A stretch of 64,000 nt of DNA from an uncultured Actinomycetota bacterium. Its GTDB lineage: Bacteria > Actinomycetota > Actinomycetes > Propionibacteriales > Nocardioidaceae. Below, in pieces: positions 11,107 to 21,294 of the stretch. Each line of letters begins with the position of its first letter. Within the stretch, counting starts at the first letter, position 1. The translations under genes were made by a program, and so were the position numbers. Where the stretch lies: the NCBI GenBank assembly GCA_963695055.1, contig CAVOFS010000008.1:50236-114235 (forward strand). Direction: 5' to 3'. The notes beneath the pieces are model-generated. The model was not told the DNA's origin, ran no database searches, and saw nothing but the letters and a program-made list of their open reading frames with translations.

Positions 11107-11621
11107 GTGACGACGGTGACGGACCGCCCCGCCTGGACGCGGACGAAGCGCTCGAGCAGCTGTACGCCGCGCACTGGCGCTCGCTGGTCCGGCTCTCGGT
11201 GCTGCTGGTGCGCGACCACGGCACCGCCGAGGAGGTCGTCCAGGACGCGTTCGTCGCCGTGCACGCGCGCTGGTCGAGGCTGCGCGACCCGGACAAGGCG
11301 CTGGCCTACCTGCGCCAGACCGTCGTCAACCGGTCCCGCTCGGCGCTGCGCCACCGCGGCGTCGTCGAGCGGCACGCCGCCACCCTGCCGGCCGGTCGAC
11401 ACCGCCGACCCCACCCCCGACTCCGACCGGCGCGACGCCGTCCTCGACGCGATGCGCGCCCTGCCCGACCGCCAGCGCGAGGTGCTCGCCCTGCGCTACT
11501 ACCTCGACCTGTCCGAGGCCGAGATCGCCGACACGCTCGGCATCAGCCGCGGCGCGGTGAAGAGCCACGCCTCCGCGGCGCCGCCGCGCTGCGCGCACTC
11601 CTCCAGGAGGACCACCTGTGA
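11107..11621 (+). CDS. SigE-family ECF sigma factor; frameshifted
   Basis: AEEVVQDAF, AYLRQTVVN, LPDRQREVLALRYYLDLSEAEIADTLGISRGAVKSH across frames. Confidence 0.9.
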
Positions 11622-12525
11622 ACACCCCTGTCCGAGCTCTGCTCCACGACGCCGTCGCCGACGTCGAGCCGACCGACCGCCTCGACCGAGATCCGGGCCG
11701 TACGGCGGACCCGACGCACTCGGCCGCCCGGCCGTGGCTGTACGCCGCCGGCGCGACCGTGCTGGCCACGGCGGCGACCGTCGCGGCGTTCGCGGTCGTC
11801 GGCAGCGACGACGGACACCAGGGCCGAGCACGCCACCGAACCGCCGCCTCCGAGACGCAGCTCGTCGCGGCGTACTTCGTCGGCGACACCCCCGAGGGGC
11901 CGCGACTGTTCCGCGAGTTCGACGAGGTGACCGGCAGCGACCCGCTGCAGGCCGCCCTCGACCGGATCCAGCAGCCGGCCGATCGACCCCGACTACCGGA
12001 CGCCGTGGGACGCCGGGCTCGTTCGAGTCGGCGACCCTCGGGGACGACACCATCGACGTCGAGGTCGGCTCCGGTCGCGCTGACGCCGACGACCTGGCCG
12101 TGCAGCAGGTCGTCTACACGCTGCAGGGGGCCGCTCGGCGAGCCGCTGCCGGTGCGCTTCCTCCAGGACGGCAAGCCGATCACGACCGTCGACGCCGGCA
12201 CCGCAGATCGACGTGCTGAGCCCCTGGTCAGCATCAGCGACCCGGCCGAGGGCAACGCGTACGACGGGTCGTTCGTCGCCCGCGGCCGGGCCAGCTCCTT
12301 CGAGGCCACCGTCGGGTGGCAGGTCCGCGACGGCGACACCGTCGGTCGAGGAGGGCTCCGACGATGGCCGCCTCGGGGCCGGCGACCAGCTCTACCCCTG
12401 GGAGGTCGACGATCGACGTCACCGACCTGGCGCCCGGGACCTACACGTTCGTCGCGATGACCGACGACCCGGCCGTCGAGCCGCCCGGACCCACCACCGA
12501 CACGCGCACGATCACCGTCCGGTAG
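11618..12525 (+). CDS. Membrane-anchored GerMN/Gmad2 Ig-like protein (anti-sigma-like position); frameshifted
   Basis: LLHDAVADVEP N-terminus, one TM, YFVGDTP.GPRLFREF, GRASSFEATVGW, YTFVAMTDDP. Confidence 0.65.
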
Positions 12526-12553
12526 CCCGTCCGACCCCAGGAGGATGGACCCC

Positions 12554-13483
12554 ATGACTGCTCGCGTCCGCCTCGCCGTGCTCCTCTCCGCGTCCCTCGT
12601 CGCCCTCGCCGGCTGCGGCGACTCGCGGGCGACGACCAGGACCCGGCCAGCAGCACGACGCACACGACGCGAGCGACCACGCCGATCCGAGCTCGCCGAC
12701 GAGCCCGACGACGGACGCGACCCGACGACGGGCGGGCCGAGCCGCGACAGCCGCCACGGTGCCGGTCTACTTCGTCGGCGACACGCCGCAGGGCGCCGCG
12801 GCTGTACCGCGAGTTCCGCAAGGTCGCCGGCCGACAACCGCCTCGGCGCGGCGCTGACCTCGCCGCCGCCGGCGACACGCTCGACCCGGACTACTGCACC
12901 CTGCTGCCGGCGGGCACCGTTCGAGCGACGTCACCTACGACGAGCAGATCGTCGTAGCGCTCCCCGACGACTCGTGGACCCGGCTGCCCGACGGGATGAC
13001 CGAGGACGAGGCGCAGCTCGCCGTCCAGCAGCTCGTCTACACGGTGCAGGGCGTCCTGCAGACGCGGATCCCGGTCGAGTTCACCGACTCGACGGCGAGC
13101 CCGCAGATCGTCGGCTTCGCCTCCGAGCGCGGGTCGCCTTCACGCGCGCGCCGACCCGATCGAGACGCTGGCGCTGGTCAACGTCACCTCGCCCGAGGAG
13201 GGCCAGTCGCCGTCGCGACACGTTCACCGCCAGCGGCGTCGCCAGCTCCTTCGAGGCGACCGTGCCGTGGGAGATCCGGCAGGGCGACCCGACGGCGCGG
13301 TGGTCAAGGAGGGCTTCGCGACCGCCGAGGGCTGGATGGACAAGCTCTACCCCTGGGAGACCGAGGTCGACGTCTCCGACCTGGCGCCGGGCGACCTACA
13401 CGTTCGTCGCGATGACCGACGACCCGTCCGACGGCGAGGGCGCCGGCCCGACCGAGGACTCCAAGACCATCACGGTGCCGTGA
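12554..13483 (+). CDS. GerMN/Gmad2 Ig-like lipoprotein, paralog of the upstream gene; frameshifted
   Basis: AGGAGG RBS, lipobox LAGC, LAVQQLVYTVQG, GVASSFEATVPW, LYPWE, YTFVAMTDDP. Confidence 0.65.
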   Translation: MTARVRLAVLLSASLVALAGCGDSRATTRTRPAARRTRRERPRRSELADEPDDGRDPTTGGPSRDSRHGAGLLRRRHAAGRRGCTASSARSPADNRLGAALTSPPPATRSTRTTAPCCRRAPFERRHLRRADRRSAPRRLVDPAARRDDRGRGAARRPAARLHGAGRPADADPGRVHRLDGEPADRRLRLRARVAFTRAPTRSRRWRWSTSPRPRRASRRRDTFTASGVASSFEATVPWEIRQGDPTARWSRRASRPPRAGWTSSTPGRPRSTSPTWRRATYTFVAMTDDPSDGEGAGPTEDSKTITVP

Positions 13484-14392
13484 GGCTCACCGCCCGCCAG
13501 CTCAACCGGACGCTGCTCCGTCGCCAGCACCTGCTCGAGCGCGTCGACCTGACGCCCGACGCGATGGCCGACCACCTGGTCGGGCTGCAGGCGCAGGAGA
13601 CGCTGCCGCCGTACCTCTCGCTGCACGCGCGGCTCACCGACTTCGACCCGTACGACGTCGACCGCGCGCTCGAGGACCGCAGCCTGGTCCGGCTGCTGAC
13701 GCTGCGCGGCACTCGCCATCCACCTGCACACGCCCGACGACGCGCTGAGGCTGCGGCCGTGGACGCAGGTCGTGATGGACCGGGTGCAGCGCAACCACGC
13801 CGACGTCCTGCCGCAGCTCGCCCGGCCGCTGGTGCAGACGCCGCCGCGCGGCAGGTGGAAGCGCTCGGGCGGCGTCGTCTACGAGCCGCTCGAGGACTGG
13901 GTGGGCGCCGCGCTGCGCGAGCCGGACGTCCAGGAGGTCGTACGCCGCTACCTGCGCGCCTTCGGCCCGGCGTCGGCCGCCGACGTGACCACGTGGTCCG
14001 GCGTGACCCGGCTCGGCCCGGTCCTGAAGGCGATGGCCGACCTGGTGCGGCACGAGGACCGAGCGGCAAGGTCGTCTACGACGTCGCCGACGGCGTCGAT
14101 CGAGGACGACGATGCGCCGGCGCCGGTGCGGCTGCTCGGCACCTACGACAACGTCTGGCTCTCGCACGCCGGCCGCGACCGGGTCACCGAGCCGGCCAAG
14201 CGCCAGCACTGGATGGGCGCCAACGGCGGCGTCGCGATGACGCTCTTCGTCGACGGGATGCTCGAGGGCCTCTGGCGGCAGGTCGACGGGCGGGTGAGCG
14301 TGGTCCGGGCGTCGACGCTCACCAAGCGCGAGCAGTCCGACCTGGACGACGAGATCGCCCGGGTCGACGACCTCCTGAAGCTCGGTGATTGA
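13480..14392 (+). CDS. HTH_42 / AlkZ-like DNA glycosylase; frameshifted
   Basis: LNRTLLRRQHLL, GLQAQ, LRGT.H, RRYLRAFGPA, RLLGTYDN. Confidence 0.8.
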
Positions 14393-14420
14393 GGAGGTTG
14401 CGACAGCAACCGTCTCGAGA

Positions 14421-15162
14421 TCAGGACCAGCGCGGCGTCTGCGCCAGCAGCGCGGACACGGCCGCGACGCCGGCGGTGGAGGTGCGCAGCACCTCGCTGC
14501 CGAGCCGGACCGAGACCGCGCCGGCGGCGACGAAGCCGGCCACCTCGTCCTCCGACAGGCCGCCCTCGGGGCCGACGACGACGACGATCCGCCCGGCCTG
14601 CGGGACGACGAGCCCGGCCAGCGACGAGGTCGCCTCCTCGTGGAGGACGACGGCCAGGTCGGCGGCCGCGACCAGCGCGGTGACGTCGGCGGTGGACGCG
14701 AGCTCGGCGACCCCGGGGAACCAGGTACGGCGGGCCTGCTTGGCCGCCTCGCGCGCGGTCGACCGCCAGCGGGCCAGGGACTTCGCGGCCCGCTCGCCCT
14801 TCCAGACCGCGACGCTGCGCGAGGCCGCCCACGGGACGACCTCGGCCACGCCGATCTCGGTCAGCACCTCGACCGCGAGCTCACCCCGGTCGCCCTTGGG
14901 GATCGCCTGCACGACGACGACCGCGGGCTCGGCCACGGGGTCTGTGCGACACGTCGTCGACGGTGACCGCGAAGACCCGCTTGCCGGTCGACGCGACGGT
15001 GCCGCGGACCGACGTACCGCCGCCGTCCGTGAGGACGACCTGCTCCCCCACCCGGAGCCGGCGTACGGCGACCGCGTGGTGGGCCTCGTCGCCCTCGACG
15101 ACGACCTCAGCACCGGCCACGACGCCGCTCAGCGACGGCACCAGGTGGACGGGGAGGGACAT
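14421..15162 (-). CDS. rsmE: 16S rRNA m3U1498 methyltransferase; frameshifted
   Basis: HHAVAVRRLRVGE, QAIPKGDR, EAAKQARR, VGPEGG, LRTSTAG. Confidence 0.95.
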
Positions 15163-15173
15163 GCCGGCCTCGG

Positions 15174-16357
15174 TCAGTGCGCGTTGAACGCGTCGCGGAG
15201 CCGGCCGAACATCGACTTCGATCCGGCCCGCACCTGACCGGAGGGCTTCTCCTCGCCGCGGATCGCCGCGAGCTGGATCAGCAGCTCCTCCTGCTGCGCG
15301 TCGAGCCGGGTCGGGGTCTCGACCACGGTCGTGACGACCAGGTCGCCCCGACCACCGCGCAGCCCGGGGACGCCGCGGCCGCGGAGCACCTGCTCGGAGC
15401 CCGGACTGGGTGCCGGGGCGGACGAGGAGCTCGAAGCTGGTCTCCAGCGCCGGGTCCGACGCCTCCTCGCCGTCGACCACGTCGGCCTCGAGCGTCGGGC
15501 AGGGTGAGCGTGGTGCCGAGCGCGGCAGCCGTCATCGGCAGGGTGACCGTGCAGTGCAGGTCGTTGCCGTGGCGGGTGAAGGTCGGGTGGGCGGCCACGT
15601 GGATCTCGACGTACAGGTCGCCGGCCGGGCCTCCGCCGGGGCCGACCTCGCCCTCGCCGGTGAGCTGGACGCGGGTGCCGTCGTCGACGCCGGCCGGGAT
15701 CTTCACGGTCAGGGTGCGACGCGAGCGGACCCGGCCGTCGCCGGCGCACTCGCGGCAGGGGTCGGGGATGATCGTGCCGAAGCCGCGGCAGGCCGCGCAC
15801 GGACGCAGGGTCCGGATCTCACCGAGGAACGACCGCTGCACGTGGGCGACCTCGCCGACGCCGTGGCAGGTCTCGCACGGCACCGGGTGGCTGCCCGGAG
15901 CCGCACCCTCGCCGTGACAGGTCGAGCACAGGACCGCGGTGTCGACCTTGAGCTCGCGGGTGACGCCGAACGCCGCCTCGGCGAGCTCGACCTCGAGCCG
16001 GATCAGCGCGTCCTGGCCACGACGCTCGCGCGATCGCGGGCCGCGACCCTGACCGGCCGCCCCGCCCTGGCCACCGAAGAAGGCGTCCATGATGTCGGTG
16101 AACGAGAAGCCCGCGCCCTGGCCGAAGCCGGCCTGGCCGCCGCCGAACGGGTCGCCGCCACGGTCGTACGCCGCACGCTTCTGCGGGTCGGAGAGCACCT
16201 CGTAGGCCGCGGAGATCTCCTTGAACCGGTCCTGGGCGCTCGGGTCCGGGTTGACGTCCGGGTGGTACTGCCGGGCCAGCCGCCGGTAGGCCTTCTTGAG
16301 GGCGTCGGCGTCAGCGTCACGGGCGACACCGAGGAGCTCGTACAGGTCCTGACTCAC
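15174..16357 (-). CDS. dnaJ: Chaperone DnaJ (DnaJ2); frameshifted
   Basis: HPD J-domain, G/F region, four CxxC zinc-finger repeats. Confidence 0.96.
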
Positions 16358-16415
16358 GTGGTTCCTTCGTTGCTGGTGCTGGGCTGGTTCTGGTTCTGGT
16401 CTGGGTGGTGCGGGC

Positions 16416-17445
16416 TCAGGCGTCGTCGAGGATCCGCGACACGTAGCGCGCCACGGCTCGTACGGCGGCCATCGAGCCGGGGTAGTCCATCCGGGTCGGA
16501 CCGACGATCCCGAGCCTCGCGAAGCTCTCGTCGGCCGGGCCGTAGCCCGCCGCGACGACGCTGGTCGACGACAGCTCCTGGTAGGGACCTTCAGCGCCGA
16601 TCCGCACCGTGACGAGCTCGCCGCCGGTCGCCTCGCCGAGCAGCTTGAGGAGGATGACGTGCTCCTCCAGGGCTTCGAGGAGCGGACGTACGGCGGAGTC
16701 GAAGCTGTCACCGTAGCGGGCCAGGTTGGCCGCGCCGCCGACCACGATGCGCTCGTCGGAGCGGTGGTCGGACATCGCCTCGAGCAGCGTCTCGACGACA
16801 GGCCGGATGGCGGCCGGGCCGGTCGGTACGGCGGCGTCGAGGGGTGCGAGTGCGCGCAGTGCTGTCGCCCCGTCGGCGATCACCTCGCCGGTGGCCGCCC
16901 GGTTGACCACGGTCGCGCAGCTCGGCGATCTCCTCGTCGGTCAGGTCGGTGGCGAGCTCGAGCACCCGCTGCTCGACCCGGCCGGTGCTGAGGATGAGGA
17001 CGACGAGCAGCCTGCTGGGCGCGAGCGCGACCAGCTCGATGTGGCGGACGGTCGAGCGCGAGAGGGTGGGGTACTGGACGACCGCGACCTGGCGGGTCAG
17101 CTGGGCCAGCAGCCGCACCGAGCGCTGGACGACGTCGTCGAGGTCGACGGCGCCGTCGAGGATGGTGGTGATCGCCCGCTTCTCCGCCGTACTCATCGGC
17201 TTGAGCGTGGTGAGCCGGTCGACGAAGAGCCGGTAGCCCTTGTCGGTGGGGACCCGGCCCGCGCTGGTGTGGGGCTGGGTGATGTAGCCCTCGTCCTCGA
17301 GGGCAGCCATGTCGTTGCGCACCGTTGCCGGAGAGACGCCCAGACCGTGGCGCTCGACCAGGGCCTTGGACCCGACCGGCTCCTCGGTGGTGACGTAGTC
17401 CTCCACGATGGCGCGGAGCACGGCGAGCCTGCGCTCTTCCTGCAC
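16416..17445 (-). CDS. hrcA: Heat-inducible repressor HrcA; frameshift near 16915
   Basis: [37 protein letters not shown]. Confidence 0.96.
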
Positions 17446-17458
17446 TGCCCGCCTCCTT

Positions 17459-17485
17459 CTGGCACTCGATCCCCGGGAGTGCCAA
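17459..17485 (-). promoter_or_regulatory. CIRCE operator
   Basis: TTGGCACTC-N9-GAGTGCCAG immediately upstream of hrcA. Confidence 0.92.
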
Positions 17486-17671
17486 GCCTACCCGCCGCCA
17501 CCCACGGGTCACATCACGGAAGCCTCCCTGGGGTGCCGTGGTGATCACATCGGTCAGGCTTTCCTAACTTCAGATACCTCCACTTCGTGTGCCGGCCCGA
17601 CTCGGCGAGATGCTGCGCCGCGGGCTGCACGCGGACATCTGCTGATCCACTCGTCCGCGGCAACACCAACA

Positions 17672-17709
17672 GGCCGACGGCCCCGGAACTGGTCCCGGGG
17701 CCGCCGGCC
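17672..17709 (-). terminator. GC-rich hairpin downstream of the small peptide gene
   Basis: ggccgacggccccgg-8nt-ccggggccgccggcc (15-bp stem, 1 mismatch); no U-tract. Confidence 0.5.
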
Positions 17710-17728
17710 CACCCTCCCCCACCCAAGC

Positions 17729-17902
17729 TCAGATGCGACGGTGTCCGTCGACGCTGTCCCCGGCGTCCTCGGACTCGAACTGCATGATCCGGTGGCCCTG
17801 AACGTCGTCCTCGTCCGGCTTGACGATGGGCTCAGGCGCCGGCGCCTGGTGGCCGGCCACATCGTCGAATTCGTCGGGCGACGGCTGGAAGTTGCTCGTC
17901 AT
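17729..17902 (-). CDS. 57-aa acidic peptide with three D-[D/S]-V-x-G-H repeats
   Basis: GAGGAG RBS before ATG; DDVAGH, DDVQGH, DSVDGH; hairpin downstream. Confidence 0.65.
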   Translation of the reverse strand: MTSNFQPSPDEFDDVAGHQAPAPEPIVKPDEDDVQGHRIMQFESEDAGDSVDGHRRI

Positions 17903-18033
17903 GACCTTCTCCTCTGGGTTGTGGCTCGAAGTTGATGACTTGATACTCGCACCGGAAGTCGACCCTGACTGTCTGCTTCCTGACACAACTCGAAGTTGTC
18001 TGGGCTACCGTCCGGTGCGCCTAGGGTGAGCCG

Positions 18034-18894
18034 GTGAGCTTCGCTGAGATCGCCGACCGGGTCTGGGTCGCGCGCTACGACTGGTTCGACGTCAACGTCA
18101 CACTGGTCGCCGGCACGCGCGGACTCCTGGTGGTCGACACCCACGCCTCCGGCCGGGCGGCCCGCGAGGTGATCGAGGACGTCCGCCTGCTGGGGGCCGG
18201 CGAGGTCGTCGAGATCGTCAACACCCACGAGCACTTCGACCACACGTTCGGGAACGCGGAGTTCCGCACGACGTACGGCGCGGTGCCGATCCACGCCCAC
18301 GAGACCGCTGCCGAGCGCACGGTCTCGGCCGGCGAACGGATCAAGGGCCGCTACGACGACCAGCCCGAGGACCCGCATCGCGATGAGGTGCAGGCGACGG
18401 CGCTCGTGGCAGCCGACCACACCTTCTCCTCTGCGGTCGCGCTCGACCTCGGCGACCGGTACGTCGAGCTGATCCACCCCGGTCGCGGCCACACCGGCGG
18501 CGACCTGGTGGTCCGGGTGCCCGACGCCGACGTGCTGCTGGCCGGCGACCTGGTCGAGGAGTCGGTGGCGCGCAACGCGGTGCCGGGGTTCGGTGACGAC
18601 TGCTACCCGATGGAGTGGCCGTTGAGCCTCGACATCGTCCTGGGCCTGACCACGAGCGGGAGCATCGTCGTACCGGGTCACGGTGCGCCGGTCGACCGCG
18701 ACTTCGTCGAGGAGCAGCGCAACGCGATCGGCATCGTCGCCGAGACGATCCGACACCTGGCCGGCAGTGGCGTCCCCCTCGACCAGGCGCTGGAGACCGG
18801 CGACTGGCCCTACCCCCGCGAGGAGCTCGCGGCCGCCGTCCGCCGTGGCTACGAGCACCTTCCCCGCAGCCAGAAGCGGTTGCCGCTGATCTGA
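18034..18894 (+). CDS. MBL-fold metallo-hydrolase
   Basis: NTHEHFDHTFGN, GHTGGD, AGDL, PGHG. Confidence 0.92.
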   Translation: MSFAEIADRVWVARYDWFDVNVTLVAGTRGLLVVDTHASGRAAREVIEDVRLLGAGEVVEIVNTHEHFDHTFGNAEFRTTYGAVPIHAHETAAERTVSAGERIKGRYDDQPEDPHRDEVQATALVAADHTFSSAVALDLGDRYVELIHPGRGHTGGDLVVRVPDADVLLAGDLVEESVARNAVPGFGDDCYPMEWPLSLDIVLGLTTSGSIVVPGHGAPVDRDFVEEQRNAIGIVAETIRHLAGSGVPLDQALETGDWPYPREELAAAVRRGYEHLPRSQKRLPLI

Positions 18895-18911
18895 GGGGGT
18901 ACGAGCCAGGC

Positions 18912-19100
18912 ATGAGCAATCACGGCATCGAGGACGAGGACCTGCCCGAGGACCTCCAGCCCACCGACGACAACCCGCTCGCCCAGCCCCTGACCGAGGA
19001 CGACGACGCGAAGTCGCCGGAGGAGCTGGACGTGTTGGGTGGCAAGAACCCCGACGAGACGGAGACCGAGACCAACGACACGGACGACTCCGAGGACTGA
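18912..19100 (+). CDS. Small acidic hypothetical protein
   Basis: MSNHGIEDEDLPEDLQPTDDNPLA...; strong GC third-position bias. Confidence 0.6.
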   Translation: MSNHGIEDEDLPEDLQPTDDNPLAQPLTEDDDAKSPEELDVLGGKNPDETETETNDTDDSED

Positions 19101-19140
19101 CGGCGCGCCCTCACCGGCGGTGTCGGTGGCTCCGCCTAGC

Positions 19141-19999
19141 GTGGAGCAGGTGAACGACCGCTACGGCTCCGACGTGCTCTCCACCGACTGGCGCGCCCCC
19201 AAGCGCGGCCGCGCCGTCGAGGCGCCCGCCGAGATCGGCGCCGTGGTCGAGGAGGTCACCACCGACTGGGTGGGCGAGATCGTGCAGGTCGACCGCGACC
19301 TCGACACGGTGACGCTGGAGGACCGGCGCAACCGACGCCGCACGTTCCCCCTCGGACCGGGCTTCCTGCTCGATGGCCGCCCGGTGATCCTGGTCCCGCC
19401 GGCACGTGCGGGGGCACCGGCCAAGCCGACCCGGACGGCGTCCGGCTCGGTCGCCGTGCCACGGCGCGAAGGCGCGGGTCGCCCGCGCCAGCCGGATCTT
19501 CGTCGAGGGCCGCCACGACGCCGAGCTGGTCGAGAAGGTGTGGGGCGACGACCTGCGCATCGAGGGTGTCGTCGTCGAGTATCTCGGCGGTGTCGACGAC
19601 CTCGCCGAGCACCTGCGCGACTTCCGGCCCGGCCCCGAGCGCAAGGTCGGCGTGCTGGTCGACCACCTGGTGGCGGGCTCCAAGGAGAGCCGGATCGCCC
19701 AGGGCATCGCGAAGTCGCCTGTCGGCAAGCACGTGCTGATCGTCGGGCACCCGTTCATCGACATCTGGGCCGCGGTCAAGCCCGAACGGCTCGGCCTCCA
19801 GCGCTGGCCTGACGTGCCGCGCTCCATCGAGTGGAAGAAGGGCGTGTGCCAGCAGCTCGGCTGGCCCCATCGTGACCAGGCCGACACCGCCCGCGCCTGG
19901 AAGCACATCCTCGGCAAGGTCTCCTCGTACGCCGATCTCGATCCGGCGCTGCTGGGCCGGGTCGAGGAGCTCATCGACTTCGTCGCCACCCCGGACTGA
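19141..19999 (+). CDS. DUF3097-family protein; frameshift near 19460
   Basis: DRYGSDVL, RTASGS, RIFVEGRHDAELVEKVWGDDLR, GHPFIDIW. Confidence 0.85.
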
Positions 20000-20009
20000 G
20001 CGGCTCGCG

Positions 20010-21230
20010 TCAACCTGGATCGCTGGCGTTGGTGCTGATCGCCTGCAGCACCGACTTCACCTGGTACGTCGTGAGGCGCGGGTGCTTGGCCCGGATCAGC
20101 GCGACCAGTCCGGTGACGTGGGGCGCCGCGAAGCTGTTGCCGGTCGCGACGATCGAGCCGTGGCCTGCCCACGCGACGTCGACATCGATGCCGTGGGCAC
20201 CGAACTCCACGGGTGGGCGCGGGTTGGTCACGATCTCCCGAGGGCCGGCACCCGGACGGGCCGCGACCGAGACGACCGTGGCGTACTGCGATGGATAGGT
20301 CGGGCCGGGCACGTTGTTGGCGGCGGAGACCAGGACGGTGCCTCCGAAGTACGCCGCGTCGGTGACCTCGTGCAGCCGGCCGAACATCGCCGGGCTGCGG
20401 CTCGACAACGACAGGTTGGCGACCGCCATGTCGTTCTCGACAGCCCAGGCGACGCCGGCGCGCAGCAGCGAGCCGCGGCCCTTGAGGTTCGCCCCGAGCA
20501 CCCGGACGCTGTAGATCTCGACGTCCGGAGCCAGCGACCGGATGATCCCGGCGCACGCCGTACCGTGCCCGACCAGGTCGCCGTGCGGCCCCTCGATCAC
20601 GCGGAATCCCGACGCCTCGTCGCTGTCCGGCTCGAAGGCCACCGCCCCGGCGACGCCACCGACCCGCGGGTGGTCGGCATCCACGCCGCTGTCGACGATG
20701 GCGACCTTGACCCCGGCCCCGGTGGAGCCCTCGAGCGCCCAGGCCGCGACGTCGGGCAGCGGCAGCGGCACCACTGACGCCAGCGAGTCGGCCGCGAAGG
20801 CAGTCGACCAGGCGAGCTGGTCGGGACGGGTGAGCACGCCGGCGACCACCTCGAGCTCACTGAGAGGGAGGACCGACGACCTGTCGCGATCCGGGTCGAG
20901 GACGGTCAGCACGCCGCGCAGGTCACCGTTGCCGTCGAAGAAGGGCGCCACCATGATCGCCCGCGGCACGTAGCCGGTCGACTCCGCGATGTCGGCGGCG
21001 AAGCGTGGGTCCGCTCGGGCGTCGCGTACGGCGAGCGACTGACCCGAGGTGGCCGCCCATCCCGCCAGGCCACGCCCCACCGGCAGCTCGACGCCGACGA
21101 TCTCGGCCGCGCCCTCACCGGCAGCGGCGACGTAGGTCAGCCCACCGTCGGGCGAGACGACAGCACAGGAGACCGCGGCCGCATCCAGCCGGTCACGGAG
21201 GTCGGACACCACTTCCTGGAAGTTCTCCAC
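20010..21230 (-). CDS. GAF domain + S8 subtilase fusion, no signal peptide
   Basis: GAF: VAAAGEGA..IVG.ELPVGRGLAGW...DPRFAADIAESTGYVPRAIMVAP. S8 triad: IVDSG, GHGTACAG, GNSFAAPHV. GTG at 21230. Confidence 0.85.
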   Translation of the reverse strand: MENFQEVVSDLRDRLDAAAVSCAVVSPDGGLTYVAAAGEGAAEIVGVELPVGRGLAGWAATSGQSLAVRDARADPRFAADIAESTGYVPRAIMVAPFFDGNGDLRGVLTVLDPDRDRSSVLPLSELEVVAGVLTRPDQLAWSTAFAADSLASVVPLPLPDVAAWALEGSTGAGVKVAIVDSGVDADHPRVGGVAGAVAFEPDSDEASGFRVIEGPHGDLVGHGTACAGIIRSLAPDVEIYSVRVLGANLKGRGSLLRAGVAWAVENDMAVANLSLSSRSPAMFGRLHEVTDAAYFGGTVLVSAANNVPGPTYPSQYATVVSVAARPGAGPREIVTNPRPPVEFGAHGIDVDVAWAGHGSIVATGNSFAAPHVTGLVALIRAKHPRLTTYQVKSVLQAISTNASDPG

Positions 21231-21294
21231 GCGGCAACAATCTAGGGGCCTTTTCGCCTCCCCGGGTGCCGAATGTGCTCTAGATTCACCCGAC
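21231..21294. promoter_or_regulatory. Divergent promoters with identical TAGATT -10 hexamers
   Basis: TAGATT on minus (21239-44) and on plus (21281-86), each 8 nt from its start codon; no SD. Confidence 0.55.

Noticed and set aside
16370-16415. (CTGGTT)n-like short repeats between hrcA and dnaJ
   Set aside because: Only 2-3 imperfect units; low-complexity spacer.
17535-17552. CRP-like half-site gtgatcaca upstream of hrcA
   Set aside because: Only one half-site matches.
21274-21290. CRP site tgtgctctagattcac in the divergent promoter
   Set aside because: Half-site spacing is one base off TGTGA-N6-TCACA and the match is weak.
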